In this document: positions 12,805 to 27,959 of the stretch, piece after piece | Layout of the letters: each line of letters opens with the position of its first letter | Position numbering within the stretch: the stretch's first letter is position 1 | Assembly (NCBI RefSeq): GCF_052425735.1 | Contig: NC_135770.1 | Location: forward strand, 22,196,001 to 22,260,000 | From: Oculina patagonica | Taxonomy: Eukaryota | Length of the DNA stretch: 64,000 nucleotides | Direction: 5' to 3' | The notes under the pieces: model-generated | The model's input: only the letters and a program-made list of their open reading frames with translations | What the model was told of the DNA's origin: nothing | The model's database searches: none | Position numbers and translations under genes: made by a program

Positions 12805-14358
12805 CAAAAACGATTGTTGAAGTCCTAAAAAATTAACACTTGTAATTGTTTTGGGTAAGAACATGCACAAAAACACAAAAACGCTAATTTGTCGCAGGGA
12901 TCAGTTGCACGAATTCAAACCAGTTTGAATTTGTGATCGCACGCAGCGACAAAGACTTTCACAAAAATGCATCATGTCACACGAGGCGACTGATGTTGCA
13001 GTGAATTGTCCCCGCGATATGCTGCAGCGAATTGTCGCCTAGAGTGTCTGGGCCTTAAAAATAGTTGATCTTTGGAGCTTGCATGCGAGCGATTTCACAC
13101 TGATTTCTAAACAGTTAATAAAAGTCTGGCCAAAAATCGTAATTTCTAATATTTTTCTTTATTTTTCCAGTTTTATGAATCAGAATTGTACGATATGCCC
13201 ATTTTTACATTCCATAAGCATTCTGGCATGATTCTGCATCAATTTTCGTTAATTATTTTCTGACTTTCTAAGAAAATGGTGAAATCCAAGATGGCGGATT
13301 TAATGACGCCATGTGCCGTCATATGACGTCACAGCCAACAAAAATTTTGTCATCTTGTAGAGTAGGCTCATGGCTTTCTACACAGTGCAAAATATTTTCG
13401 CTGTACCTTAATAAAACGAAAACCCTGGGGAGGGGTTCCATCCACCTCTCCCCCCTCCCTGTACAACAGTGGGGGGTTGAGTTTGCTTGTACGTCCAAGG
13501 GTTGAATCGCACATTCACGACACGCTAAAAACTACTCAAATTCACGTGCAAACGGCAATAGCAGACGGTTACAACAACAACGACTGCAGTAGCTTTATTT
13601 GCATGAGCACAAATTCATACTGCAACAATAATAATAAAAAAAGTTTGGATGCAGGGGACCACACAACCAAGCCATAAACTGCTTGGTTTGTCTGCTGTCG
13701 GATCTTTTGTTTAAGAAATGCTCCTACCAGACGTCACTCTAAGTGTTGATAAAACCAGATTGATTGCAAGGCTGGTAGATTATAGTACTGGCCCTGAAGA
13801 AAACTAGCTCTGCTAGTTGAAATCTTGCCCTACTTCCGTTGTACCAGCCTTGTAACAGTAACGTTATAAGCAAAGAGGAAATGACAATATTAAATTAATA
13901 CCGAATTGATAATAAAATTTTGGGTTAATCTTTGTACGAAAATGTGAACTTCATTATCATTATCATTATTATAACTCTTATTGTTGTCATCATCATCAAT
14001 ATTTATTTTTTTGGTGGTTTCTTTTGAATCATTGCTTCATATTCGGTAGGTCCTGTAAATCCCGTCCCTACGAAATCACTATTCAGGATAATTGAAAAGG
14101 AAAAAAAAAAAAAAGCAAAATTATGCTTTTTCCGGTTCCTGCCATACGGAGGTTGAGCCCGCAATATGAACGGTGGGCAAAACTGGGTTTTCCTACGTCA
14201 TCGCTCCAAACATGAAGTGATACTTCACTGTCGACTAAATGAAGTATATGTCGATTGCCACTGTTTTTCTCCACTCGATGGGGCTCGAAAACCGTGTATT
14301 TTTCCGAATTTAATAAAAATAAAGCCCAACACAAACCTTTTCCTGCATCTTGGAACTA

Positions 14359-14665
14359 CAGTAGAACCCCGGTAACTCGAACTCGGATAACTCGCCACGG
14401 TTGCCTATTGATTTGAGCAACGAACAGATCACGTATTTATCAGCCTTTTTTCACTCTTATCAAAAGAATTTATGATCGTGTTAAAGTTTCTGGAGATGTA
14501 GGTTTAATTTGCACTGTACTGTATACTAAAATGCTGAAAAATCAGTAAACTATCAATTATTAACTTGGCAAATTAAATATTCAATCGACCTCGATAACTC
14601 GAAACGCCGCTAACTCGAACTGTTTTTCGTTTCCCTTCAGAGTTCGAGTTACCGGGGTTCTACTG
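14359..14665. mobile_element. Tc1/mariner (pogo/Tigger-like) MITE
   Basis: Perfect TIRs cagtagaaccccggtaactcgaactc, TA TSD. Confidence 0.85.
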
Positions 14666-16906
14666 TAGTCTCACTGATATTGAGTTTCATTTGATGAATT
14701 GTATCCCAAATGTTTAAAAACGCACAGCAAAAAAAGTCTGTTGGTAAGCGCGTCCCCGGCTGCCCGGCAGCTCAATTTTGGCGGCACTTTTTTTTGTTAT
14801 TTCTACTAAAAGATCTACAACTTTTAATATGTGCTATAATTATAACATCACCTACTGCGATTAGGAAGCCTATGTCAATATCAGTCAAAACCAGTTGAAT
14901 CCAGTTTTGAGAGGTCACTGGGGAAAACGTTGGCTGAGAAAGCTGGCCCTAATCAGATTCTCCCAAGGTAAGAGAATAAAATATAGACCTTAAACAGTGG
15001 CTGTTTTGTATCAGAACACATTGATACAAAATATTAATACCGTTTACAAAATAAAAGTTAAGGCGTACGTATATATTATCAAGGGATCAGGGCCTGTGCA
15101 CTAGCAAGCACAGCTTTTTGCTTTTCCAACTAAGATAAAATTTAGTGATCAGCAGTGTTCTATCAATCATTGCTAACAGATCTTCCAAAGGGTTTCTAAC
15201 TCTTTTAGTAGCCACTATCAACTTACAGAACTACAAATTTTGAAATCATTAAGCTTTTTTGCAACAGGATTATATCCTTTACAAGGATAATGGCAAGGCT
15301 ATTAAAGGCTATTAAAATTTGATTTAAACAAGGTGTTATCCATTTAAGATGAAAAGTATGTTGTTTTGTATTAAAGTCTTTATAACACGCCTAGAAATCT
15401 AATCCTAAAAACAGAAAAAAAAAACAAACCCTGATAGACAAAATTTAAATGATTATAGTCAACCTTTGTTCCTAGTATTTAATGAGAATGAATCTTTATA
15501 GTCCTAAACGAAATTAAAAGCTCTTGCCAAATGAAATGAGACAAAACATAGCAGTTCACAGGAAAATTATTATAATCCTTAACTGGAGAAGCCTGACTCT
15601 AGTTGAAATTAAACAATTGAAAAGTTGATTTAAAAAGTTTAATTTAGTAAATTTTACTCTAAAAGATTTATCATTTCCTAAAGTTAGGATTTCAATAATA
15701 CATATAAGTTTATATGCAGTCACAAAAACAAAACAGATTTTCTAACTCCGAAATAATTAAATACACTCAAGATATCATCTTTACAAATCAAACAAAACAA
15801 ACTTCATTTCTACACTACAGTTTCTACCTGACAAGACCAGTCTACCCGAAATGCTACATAACAACGATTTGAAAGGCACCCAAATCTAGCGAAGGCCCTA
15901 AACCTCGAAAATCCAGACTTCAAGCGCGTCCTTTTACTATTCATGACTTCAGTTAAGCTTATAGGGTTATGAACTGCAGCTACGAATTGAACAATCTCCA
16001 CAGGAACATACCAGTAGTACTCTACCCAACGCTGGTTAGAGCGGCGTACATAATAGTGATCAACCTTTTAAATGAGGTGAAGGAAAAAGGGAATGATGTT
16101 CGCTTCTTCGTTAAAATGTATTTTGGTCTGGGAGGCAGTTTAACGAGCTTCCTCGATGTCGAGTCCAATCGACCATAGCGTCGGAGTCTTCAAATGCAAC
16201 ATGAATCTCACCCAGCGATCGTCATTCCAGCAAGTCAGACACGAACAGCATCGCACACTAAATCAAAATCACTGGCTGCAGTTCGTTGAGAAAGCCTGTG
16301 AACTCAGTAAAATAAAAAAAAAAGGAACGACAAAAGAAACCAGCGCTTCGACTTCGAGCCATGTTGAACATTTTTCGCGCCTCACTTCATGTAATTTCTC
16401 TGTTTTTTCCTCGTTCAACACAACCAATCAGAGAGCGCAAAACCTAATTGTCGTAGGAAAACTCATCTTTTCCCCGCACCCGGCCTCTGATTGGCTAATT
16501 TAAATTTTGATGCCATAATCACAATTTTGTACATATACGCTCTTTTTACCTTTTTAACCGTCTTCTATTTGTAATTTTTGAACCTTTTTCATTTTAAGAG
16601 AGCGTTTTAACGAGCTACGGCTCCTAAGCTCTTCGTCTATAAATGAATTATGTCTTTATGTCTTATGTTTTTGATGGCGCGGGCCGTATGGCAGGATTGC
16701 GGGAAAAATAAAACAAGCGTTACTCTTAAAATGCGCGTAATCTAGCTGAGCTTAAAGCCTTTCAGCTTGTGGTTTGTTGTTTCAGTCACATGTGATAAAA
16801 ATTTACTAGTGTTATATTATTTTGTGCCCTAATTATATCTACCTATTTAAAAGTCACATTCGACATGGTTCCCAGGCAGTTTGTTTAAAGTTCATTGCTT
16901 CCTCTT

Positions 16907-17425
16907 TCATTCCACCAAGATATATCCCACGGCTTTGATGTGTTTGTCTCCATTATCTGGTGACATCATAGCCTCGTTTCCACACGTGTTGGAGTCATCA
17001 TGTCGCCCTCCTGTACCAAACCCGATTCTGGAATCACATCGATAGCAGTCTTTCTCATTGTTACCAAGGAAACCGATTCGCGCTTTACCCAAGGTGGTGT
17101 CACCGCTAGCTGCATTGAAACCTTCCTTGTTACAGTTGTACTGCAATGAGGCCTGGGAACCAATCAGCGTTTTCCACGTGTTGCGACCCAGTGAGGTGGC
17201 GCGGTATTGCCCATCAGCGATCAGTGAGTACAGAGAGTTGGCCTGCTTGTTGATGACAATGAAGTTGATCTGTTGGCCGATCTTCATACCAAGACAAATC
17301 TTGGAGAAGGATGTGTTCCAGTAGGTCGGCAACTTGGTCTCTTGTGTGTCAAACCCAGTTTCCCCTCCAGCGAGGTTGTAGTCATTTTTATCACTCCAGT
17401 ATCCTGAGTTGTAATGAAAAGTTCT
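16907..17425 (-). pseudogene. Orphan terminal exon of the USOMP5-like family (open frame, no upstream exons found)
   Basis: Acceptor cag|AGAACTTTTCAT, 172 open codons homologous to exon 2315-1800; no WTxVxKIDG exon seen upstream on the minus strand. Confidence 0.7.
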
Positions 17426-17689
17426 CTGAGATGGAAAGAAAAAATAATCAACCAATTCATTTTTTCTTAAGAGCAGTCCCGCACGGGTTCAAAGCGGCTC
17501 TCTGATTGGCTGATTCACGAGAACAATAGAAAATTAGTTATTAAAATAAAGACTTTATATGTCTGTTGTGATTTCTTTCTTCGTTAGTAGTTCCTCTAAT
17601 TTACATCCCATCTAAAGAACCTTTATGGCTTATCATAAGGATTCATAATAGCAAGGGCAAACATGGGTAAGGATGAGTAAGCACGGCTA

Positions 17690-18595
17690 TGACCGTACTA
17701 TGGCCATACCGGCCATAGCCGGCCGTTCCGACTGTACCGACTGTACTGACTGTACCGTACCGACTGTGCCGGCCGTACCGACTGTACCGGCCGTACCGGC
17801 CGTACCGACTGTACCGACTGTACCGACTAGGCTTTTATAGATTGTGCTAGCATAATTTTTGGCATAATTGGAGCTAAAAAGCATAATTTGTGAAACGAGC
17901 ACTGCCACGGCATAATTAGCAATTTTTAGCACTTTTTGGTGCATAAATTCATAAAATGTAGTAAATATGGTGTACTTTCTACAGAAATAAATGAAATTTA
18001 GGTAGTTTGTTCTTGCAATGCGTGTTTTAGCTATACAATTGTGATTGTTAAGTCGTTGGAGGCATTTTACAAACGGTTTAGAGATGCGAGCAGCTAATTT
18101 GGACAGCTGACGGCCGTGATAAACTGCCATAAACACAAATAAATGTACAACAACAGTTTATTTAAAAAACATCATAATTTGGTGTCGTTATTGCGCATCT
18201 CTATGTATAGAATCTACGTCATTTTGTGAGCATAATTTCGGAAATCAGAAGCATAATTTGGGAATTCTGGCATAATTTTTGCATAATTTGGCAAAATTTT
18301 GAGCACTGCTAGTAGCATAATATGCCACTTTTAGGAGCACAATCTATAAAAGCCTAGTACCGACTGTACCGACTGTACCGACTGTACCGACTGTACCGGC
18401 CGTACCGACTGTACCTACTGTACCGGCCGTATCGAAAGTACCGGCCGTACCGGGTGTACCGAGCGTACCGAGTGTACCGGCCGTACCGGCTGTACCGAGT
18501 GTACCGAGTGTACCGAGTGTACCGAGTGTACCGAGTGTACCGAGTGTACCGAGTGTACCGAGTGTACCGAGTGTACCGAGTGTACCGGCTGTGTA
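17690..18595. repeat. 9-bp minisatellite (tgtaccgac/tgtaccgag/cgtaccggc)n, interrupted by a MITE
   Basis: Direct reading; explains the RYT/HSV/GTV low-complexity ORFs. Confidence 0.9.
17828..18356. mobile_element. hAT-type MITE
   Basis: TIRs taggcttttatagattgtgct / agcacaatctataaaagccta; 8-bp TSD gtaccgac; internal gcataat repeats. Confidence 0.8.
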
Positions 18596-18907
18596 CGCAG
18601 AAATTCAAGTTGAGTACTTTTTCTACTGATTAAATGTACCAGGTACATAAATAAATAATATTGCTGTTTCATACACTTCAACTGCAGTCAACATTACTAA
18701 TTTTGAATACATTATATTTTAAAGTGGCTGTGCTTTAGAGAATGTTCTACCTACTATTTCCAAAATGATCTTAGATAAATAACTGCATGGCAAAGTTCTT
18801 AAACTTGCTGTGCAAATGTTTTCGTCACTTACAAAAAAAATCAGAATTTAGACACTGTTTATGAAAGTATTTCATTTACCATCACGCAGAATTTGTCAAC
18901 TTAATGA

Positions 18908-19756
<849 letters not shown>

Positions 19757-20684
19757 TCAAGATGTCGTCACGCAACGCTCTTTTGTGGTCAAGAGCGTTG
19801 CGTGACGACACTGAGACTAATAAAGTCCTAAAAAATTACACTTGTAATTGTTTTGGGTGAGAAAATGCCAAATGAATTGTATTGTATTGAACAATTGATG
19901 TAGAGGTGACGATATATGCTCGTATACGAAATGAACTAAGTTTAGGCACGTGGGACGAGAACAGAGACTAAAAGGAAGTTAAATAAGAAGAATGCGTCAG
20001 ACTCCAAATCGAGAGGTTCTTGTTTGAAGTCGATCTACTAGTTGTTATAAATTTGTTACCCCTAGTCGTGTTCCAGTGGGTCGCGTGGTCTGCCAACAAG
20101 CGCCTGCATAAGCTAACAATACAGGTTCACTTCAAATTCAATTAATTGTTTTATTTTATTAACAAAAAAATGTAAATTACACTCTCACACTCGGCTTATA
20201 AAACCATGGACAACATATAAAAATTTAATCTTAAATTAGGCTTCGAATGCAATACAGAAGCAGTCAACTATCGGCTGCGTAAGCCGAACTTCTTAGCCTC
20301 CAGTGAAACTAAACTAAACTGATGAATATTCTCACACGGAGAAACGTTAATATAACGCAAAAAATTAAGCTGAATACTTGTTCTGCTTATAAAATGTTCC
20401 AGGTCCATAAATGAATAATATTGCTGTTTTTTATACACTTCAATTGCAGTCAAAATGACTCATGTTTGACATTGGGAATACATAACATTAAAAAGAAGCT
20501 GTGATTGAGAAAATGTTCTACTTTATACTATATCAAAAAATGATCTTAGATAGATAACTGCATGATTAAGTTCTTAAACTTGCTGTGCAAATGTTTTCGT
20601 GACGTAAAAAAATTAACAAAAATGTAGATACTGTTTATGAAAGTTTTTCATTTACCGTCCCGCGGTTCTTATCAAGCTCCCTGA

Positions 20685-21541
<857 letters not shown>

Positions 21542-24500
21542 ATGGCGGGCCAAGTGGAAGAAGAACCCGATTTGCCTGAAGAAGTCACTGAGTCGCTAGA
21601 GACGTTTCATGAAGCGTTGGGAAAAGTTGAAGATGTATTTAAACCACTTCTGGAGACACCAGTGGACGATTTGAAGGAAAAGGTTTGGAGATTATATCGA
21701 TTTGGTTCCAGCTAACTCGCATGCCGATAATTTGTTGAGCAGTGGGACATTCCATTTTTTATCCGCACCCCCCCTAAGGATGGCGGGTTTTTGCTAAGGG
21801 GGGTTCGGATTTTTTCTTCAAAGAAGCCGACAAAATTTGGACCGTTCGGAAATTTTTTTCAAAGGTGCCGACAAACAATCAACCCTTCGGATTTCATTTT
21901 TCAAAGGGCACCGACAAAAAATTGAGGGTTCGGATTCCTGTCATCCTTAGGGGGGGTGCGGATAAAAAATGGAACGTCCCGCTGCAAAATTATGTTCTCT
22001 TTTAAGTCACGTGTATGCCATAATTAGTCGGTTTAACCTAAAAAGCTTTTGAATTTACTGCATGGAAACAGCAACTTGAATTTGTCAGAATGGCTTACGT
22101 TGGCACATTGGTATTGATAAAATAAACTAAGTAGTAAATTGTCAAAAAATTCTCATGCATGTTGCTTATAAATTGACCTAGTACATGTTAATTTTGATTA
22201 GACGGGCTTTATGTATAAATTTAAAATTATGTTAACAACTTTTTTTGTAGTAAATAATAAAGATGGTAAATTTTAAGCTCGGTAATAAATAATAAAGATA
22301 AGATGTTCTACATGACACGAGCATGGGACAAAGAAAAATTCTGAGTCCCCGACGGGAATCGAACCCATGGCCTCCCAGATACCGGTTGGGCACTCAAACC
22401 AAGTGAGCTACGAGAGACTCGTTGTGAGCTGGGCTATTTTACTAGGTTGATATGTGACACGCGTCCTGCATACTGCTAGGATCAGCAATGTCGAATTCAT
22501 CAAGTTTTGTAGTAAATAATAAAGATGGTAAATTTTAAGCTCGGTAATAAATAATAAAGATAAGATGTTCTACATGACACGAGCATGGGACAAAGAAAAA
22601 TTCTGAGTCCCCGACAGGAATCGAACCCATGGCCTCCCAGATACCGGTTGGGCGCTCAAACCAACTGAGCTACGAGAGACTCGTTGTGAGCTGGGCCATT
22701 TTACTAGGTTGATATGTGACACGCGTCCTGCATACTGCTAGGATACTATTATTACCAAGCTTAAAATTTACCATCTTTATTATGCAGGACGCGTGTCACA
22801 TATCAACCTAGTAAAATGGCCCAGCTCACAACGAGTCTCTCGTAGCTCAGTTGGTTTGAGCGCTCAACCGGTATCTGGGAGGCCATGGGTTCGATTCCCA
22901 TCGGGGACTCAGAATTTTTCTTTGTCCCATGCTCGTGTCATGTAGAACATCTTATCTTTATGTTTACAACTGTTCAACCTGAATCTTAACTCTTTATCTG
23001 AGGAAAATAATCCTTGGATTTATATTTTGATAAGACATAAAAGCTATCAAAATCCAATAATAATTATTTGCGCAGAGTTACGGAGATGCAAATTTAGTGA
23101 AAATCCTAGACAGTTACTGTAATTTTCACTCCCTCCACCAGTCAAATGGGTACCAGAAGCTGTGTTTGAGTTTAAAATGAACAGTAATGATTCCATATTG
23201 TTAACCTTGTAATGACTACACGTACATTTTGGATGCATGAAACTACTTTATTTCTTACACAGTAAAGCATGATTTTTATCTCTTTTAGATCAATCCACTA
23301 CAGAGTGCGAAACTTGATTTAGTTGTTGCTTATGCCATCAACTCAATGTTCTGGAGTAAGTGAACCAAAACCTACATGTTTAAATATATATAAAACTGTT
23401 ACCCTAAACTTCAAGATATATCCAGTGGCCTGCAAAAGTTTTTATTTTATTTTTTGACACAACAACATGACAAAATTACTTTATTGGGATGTGTTCCTCT
23501 TACTCTTCTTCCATTTTGATAAACACCGTTGTGCTTTGCTCGAGGTTGCAGCTAGAGCGCATCCTGTGTACATCCCTTGTCACAGATAATTGCATACCAG
23601 GGTTTTCAAACTTTAAGATCTGATCCTACTGTGCACCCTAATTTATTTTTGTGGAGGCCTTTATTCAATTTTTTTGAGCCTGCAAAGTAGTAACAATGTG
23701 TTGCAAAAAATTATGAAATCAAAAGTTCATACAAAAGTCGTGTGAATCATGCCTTAATTATGCTATCAAACTGTCAAATAATTTCTCAAGTCAACCAGTT
23801 CAAGGAGAGGGAGAGGAGAGGGAAGGCCCCTTTTAAGGCCGGGAAGAGTAGGATCTAATGTGGGGACTACTTCAAGGAAAACATGAGCCACAGTTACATT
23901 GCACAAGATGTTAGTGCGATTCTATTAAACTGTCAATTACATGTAATTTCTCAAGTTCAAGGAGAGGAAAGGCCCCATTTAGGGAAGAGTGGGACTTAAT
24001 GCAGGGAATACGGCAAGGAAAACATCAGCCACAGTTACATTGTACATATAATTGATTACAGTGGAACCCCGATATAATGATCTTCGATATAACGATATTC
24101 CCGATATAACGATGAATATGTTATGTCCCGGCAATAGTAAAATGTATGGGACGGAACCCCGATATATAACGATTCCTTGATATAACGATATAATTTTACT
24201 GCCCCCGTGGCATATCGTTATTTTGGGGTTCCACTGTAGTTTGATTTCAAAATTACCATGATGCACACATGTATAATATATAGTGTATTACCTTATACTT
24301 TGTTCCACAAAATGTTTCAATAAAATGTTCACAAACATGTTATTTTTTGATTTAAAGTTTACTATTAATTCATGCAATTTACCACTCAATTCTTTGGTCT
24401 ATTGTTTCAAAAAAACACTTGGAATGTATGTTGGAAGAACACTTGGAAAACCTATAAATCACAAGCTGAACTTTCTTAGTACAGTAATGATTCGATTTAG

Positions 24501-27500
24501 CGCCCTCCCTCCAATAAGCGCCCCCTTTCGAATATGCGCCCCCCTTTGAATGTGTTTTTGTCAATAAGCGCCCCTATTCCAATAAGCACCCCATTCTTAT
24601 AAGCGCCCTCATTCTTATAAACGCCCCTATCCTAAAAAGTGCCCCTGTTGTGAATAACTACCCCTACTGAAGTCATTGATGTCACCATACTGTACATGTA
24701 TATAATAAACGCTAAAATGAACAATTCTTTTAAAAGTAATTAAACTTTCAACAATTTGTTACTGTTACAGTTTCTGTCATTGTTAGTTATTTTAATATTT
24801 TATTAAAGTTTTGTTTTGAACATTTGGTTGTTTCTCAAAAAATTAAATAAGCGCCTTGTCCCGAATAAGCGCCCTGTCTCGAATAAGTGCCCTCCCTTGA
24901 GGTGCCAAAAGTAAATAAGCGCCCCGGGCGCTAAATCTAATCATTACGGTATGTGGTTTTCCAGTACAGTAGTCAATGGCAATTTGCCAGTGAGAGTTTG
25001 TTATCACTTTCAGTTATTACACTGTATACACTGTATTTTCATGAAACACTGTTTGTTTTATACCCTAGTGTATCTTACCACACAAGGTGTGAATCCACGG
25101 CAACATCCTGTAAAGACTGAGCTGGTAAGTAACTTCACAAAAGAATGTGTAATGTTATTATTGTCTTAAATAACCGGTGACATGCATCACTCTGCTGATT
25201 TTATTGTTTGTCTAATTACATGTAAGAGGTTTCTTTTGTTTCTTGTTCAATTTAAGATTTCTAAAAGATGCCACAAGGAAAACGTTTTTTTTTCAGATTT
25301 TTTGTCTCAAAAATCAAAGGGCAATGTTTTTCTGTTAAATTGAAGGTTTCAGTACATGTACATGTAACATTTCAGTAAGACACTAAAACCACACTAGAAA
25401 ATACTTCCACTACCCTCTTCAATTGCATTCCATCTAGAAATACATTGTAAATGTGCAGTAGCATACCGTATTTATTCGGATATAAGGCACACGTTTTTTT
25501 CAAGGAAAATCTGTTTTTCTGTGGGAAGTTAAAAAAGTTGTAAAGTAATGTGTCATTACAGCACATTTAGATCCTTTAATGGTCTTAATTTCTGTTTCCT
25601 GGGAAAGTCAACTAAAAAAATATAAATTTCATTGTTGAATTAAGTACAGTTTACAAACTTTAAAACTGAAAAACTGTTCCTCTTCCTGACTGTTAAATTT
25701 CAGACATGTTTTCAACTTAAAAAACCCTTTGCTTGTTTAATCTTAGGACAGAATAAAGAAGTACATGGGTAAAGTGAAAGAGGCAGCTGAAAAGAAAGAA
25801 GGTTTGTTTTGTGATTCAAGAATACATTATTTTGAAAATTAGTACATTTTTAACACCAATTTAAGTGATTACTTCACCTTTATTTATGCTGTGGGATCTC
25901 ATTTTATAATAACATTCGGAAAACCTATGTTGATTTGGTTCTGCTGAACAAGTAAGCTTTTTTATTGTTAAGAATGAGATAAAATACAATCTATGTTATT
26001 GTTTTTATTTGTGTTCTATGAAGAATACAATATGCGAATATACATGTACTGTACATGTAAATGTCACTTGTTAAAGAACAAATGCCCATAAATTGATCAA
26101 AAATGGTACTGTACATAGAACCCCAGTGACTCAAACTCTGAAGGGAAATGAAAAACAGTTCAAGTTAGCGGGGTTCGAGTTATCGGGGTTGATTGAATAT
26201 TCAATTTGCCATATTAAGTTTGAGTAACCGGGTTCTACTGTCAGTATTATATTATAGAACTGTTCATGAAATAGAATTTTCTTCACTTACATGTATGTTA
26301 TAAATTTCAAAATTTTATGTTCTTGTGCATCTACATAGTGTTAGTAACATATATTTTTTTCTGTGACAGCATCGGCAAGAATAGATAAAGGAGCTGCCAG
26401 GAGATTTGTAAAGAGTGCATTGTGGGAACCTTCAGGTAATGTTATAAATTAATAATTACATGTACTGAATAATAAGAAATGTCTTAACATTTCCCTTTTA
26501 GTTTAATGTTCCTGCATCTGAAATGAAGGCCATGCTGGGAACAAAATACAGATCTATCAGTATTTTTTCACATTATAGTTTAAGGCCATGTCCAATTCTG
26601 GGTGGGAAAAAAAAGGAAAAAAAAAAAAAAACTACACAACTTGTGGTGCCTATGCTTTAAACCCATCAATAATTAGAGAACACCCTGAAAGGAACACTGA
26701 CACTTAAAACTGTAAGTACTTCTATTGACTTGACTGAAACACAAAACTGACACCAACAAGCCAGAGCTTGTCCTGGAGCACTAAATTCACCTGTTCCCAT
26801 TTATATACTGAATGGAGAGAGGCACTATGAAAGTAACATGTCCTGTCCAGACTCACTCACTCACTCATTGCCCATTGTGCCCACTGGCACGTAGGGCAGC
26901 AACAAAGGTCCTCCACTGCTCTCTGTCTTTGGCCAGCTGTTGGATGGTGTTCCAGCTTTGGTTTAAGCCCCTCAATTCTGTCTCTACTGTACGTCGCCAT
27001 GTATTCTTGGGCCTGCCACGCTTGCGCTTTCCTTCGGGTGTCCAGTATAGTGCTGTCTTTGTGATGGATACGTTTTCCTTTCGGATGACATGGCCAATCC
27101 ACCTCCAGCGCCGTTGCATAATAATAGTCCTGTCCAGAACACAACTCAAAAACCCTGCCCAGGGCTCGAACCTGGACCACTTTTATCCAGAGTCCAGTGC
27201 ATTAACCAATACATGTACATCGTAGGCCACCATTTCCTCCCTATGTATATTGACAGAAGATACAAATAAATATAAAATTAATCAACTTACTAGAACTAGA
27301 ATTGTAAATAAGTGTCACTGTACAATGAGCTTGCAGTTATTTTAGTTATTGCAGCTGGAATGCTAACTGGGGAGTCACAAAATAGAACAATACTGAACAA
27401 TGACTAAGGAGTGGAACTGCGATTTGCCCTGCAGCAAATCCAGTTAGTGGTCACCCCAAGAATACATGTACATGTAATCTTGATTTTAAGTCCAATACCC

Positions 27501-27959
27501 TCGCCACTCATAACACTGCTCCCTTATTTTTTAACTGCAGATAAAGAGAAGACATCTCATGATAAAGGGGAAACCTCGCACAAAGAAGGTGAATGATATT
27601 ATTTTGTTAAATAAAAGTACAGTAGTTGCTGTTTCATGCAGTGAATTTCCTGCATAATTTTATTCTCTTAATACTTTTGATAAGAGATTTCTTTACATGT
27701 ACATGAAAAAGTAGTTTTTCGTTTCCGAGGCATCAAGGGAGCATGTTTTTTGAGTCTGATACAACACTTCATTCGCAACTTAGCATGACTGTAGGGCCAT
27801 ATTTTTCCAGTATGTCCCTTACGCTTGGTTAATAAGATACGTATACTGACTGAGTTACGTTTTTGTTTTGATTTTTTATTTTACTTTTCAGAGTCAAAGA
27901 AGTCCGAGAAACGTAAGAGCGAAGGAAAGTCTTCTGACAAGAAGAAAAGGAAGCGATAG
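21542..27959 (+). CDS. C1D: Nuclear nucleic acid-binding protein C1D (Rrp47; Sas10/Utp3/C1D family), 7 exons, 166 aa
   Basis: Exons 21542-21682, 23289-23355, 25069-25124, 25747-25801, 26370-26435, 27541-27588, 27892-27959; [46 protein letters not shown]...IDKGAARRFVKSALW; basic C-terminal NLS-like tail. Confidence 0.95.
21744..21980. mobile_element. MITE with GGG termini (Harbinger-like)
   Basis: gggacattccattttttatccgcaccccccctaagga / tccttagggggggtgcggataaaaaatggaacgtccc. Confidence 0.7.
22246..22962. mobile_element. Three tRNA-derived SINE-like units (two tandem on minus, one inverted on plus)
   Basis: tRNA-like moieties at 22345-22418(-), 22607-22680(-), 22835-22908(+) with A box TAGCTCAGTTGG and B box GGTTCGATTCC. 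Confidence 0.8.
24057..24238. mobile_element. pogo/Tigger-like MITE
   Basis: tacagtggaacccc ... ggggttccactgta. Confidence 0.7.
24480..24951. mobile_element. Tc1/mariner-type MITE with ataagcgccc internal repeats
   Basis: tacagtaatgattcgatttagcgccc / gggcgctaaatctaatcattacggta. Confidence 0.7.
26852..27126 (-). mobile_element. 5'-truncated RTE-clade LINE 3' end
   Basis: RRWRWIGHV..WTPEGKRKRGRPKNTWRRTV..DREQWR; (TGAG)n tail; 12-bp TSD gtcctgtccaga. Confidence 0.85.

Noticed and set aside
18354-18681. RYT/HSV-repeat proteins
   Set aside because: Translations of the 9-bp minisatellite
22345-22908. Functional tRNA-Thr(GGT) genes
   Set aside because: Mismatched anticodon stem, GGT anticodon atypical for eukaryotes, identical long flanks and a TSD at the solo copy indicate a SINE-like repeat
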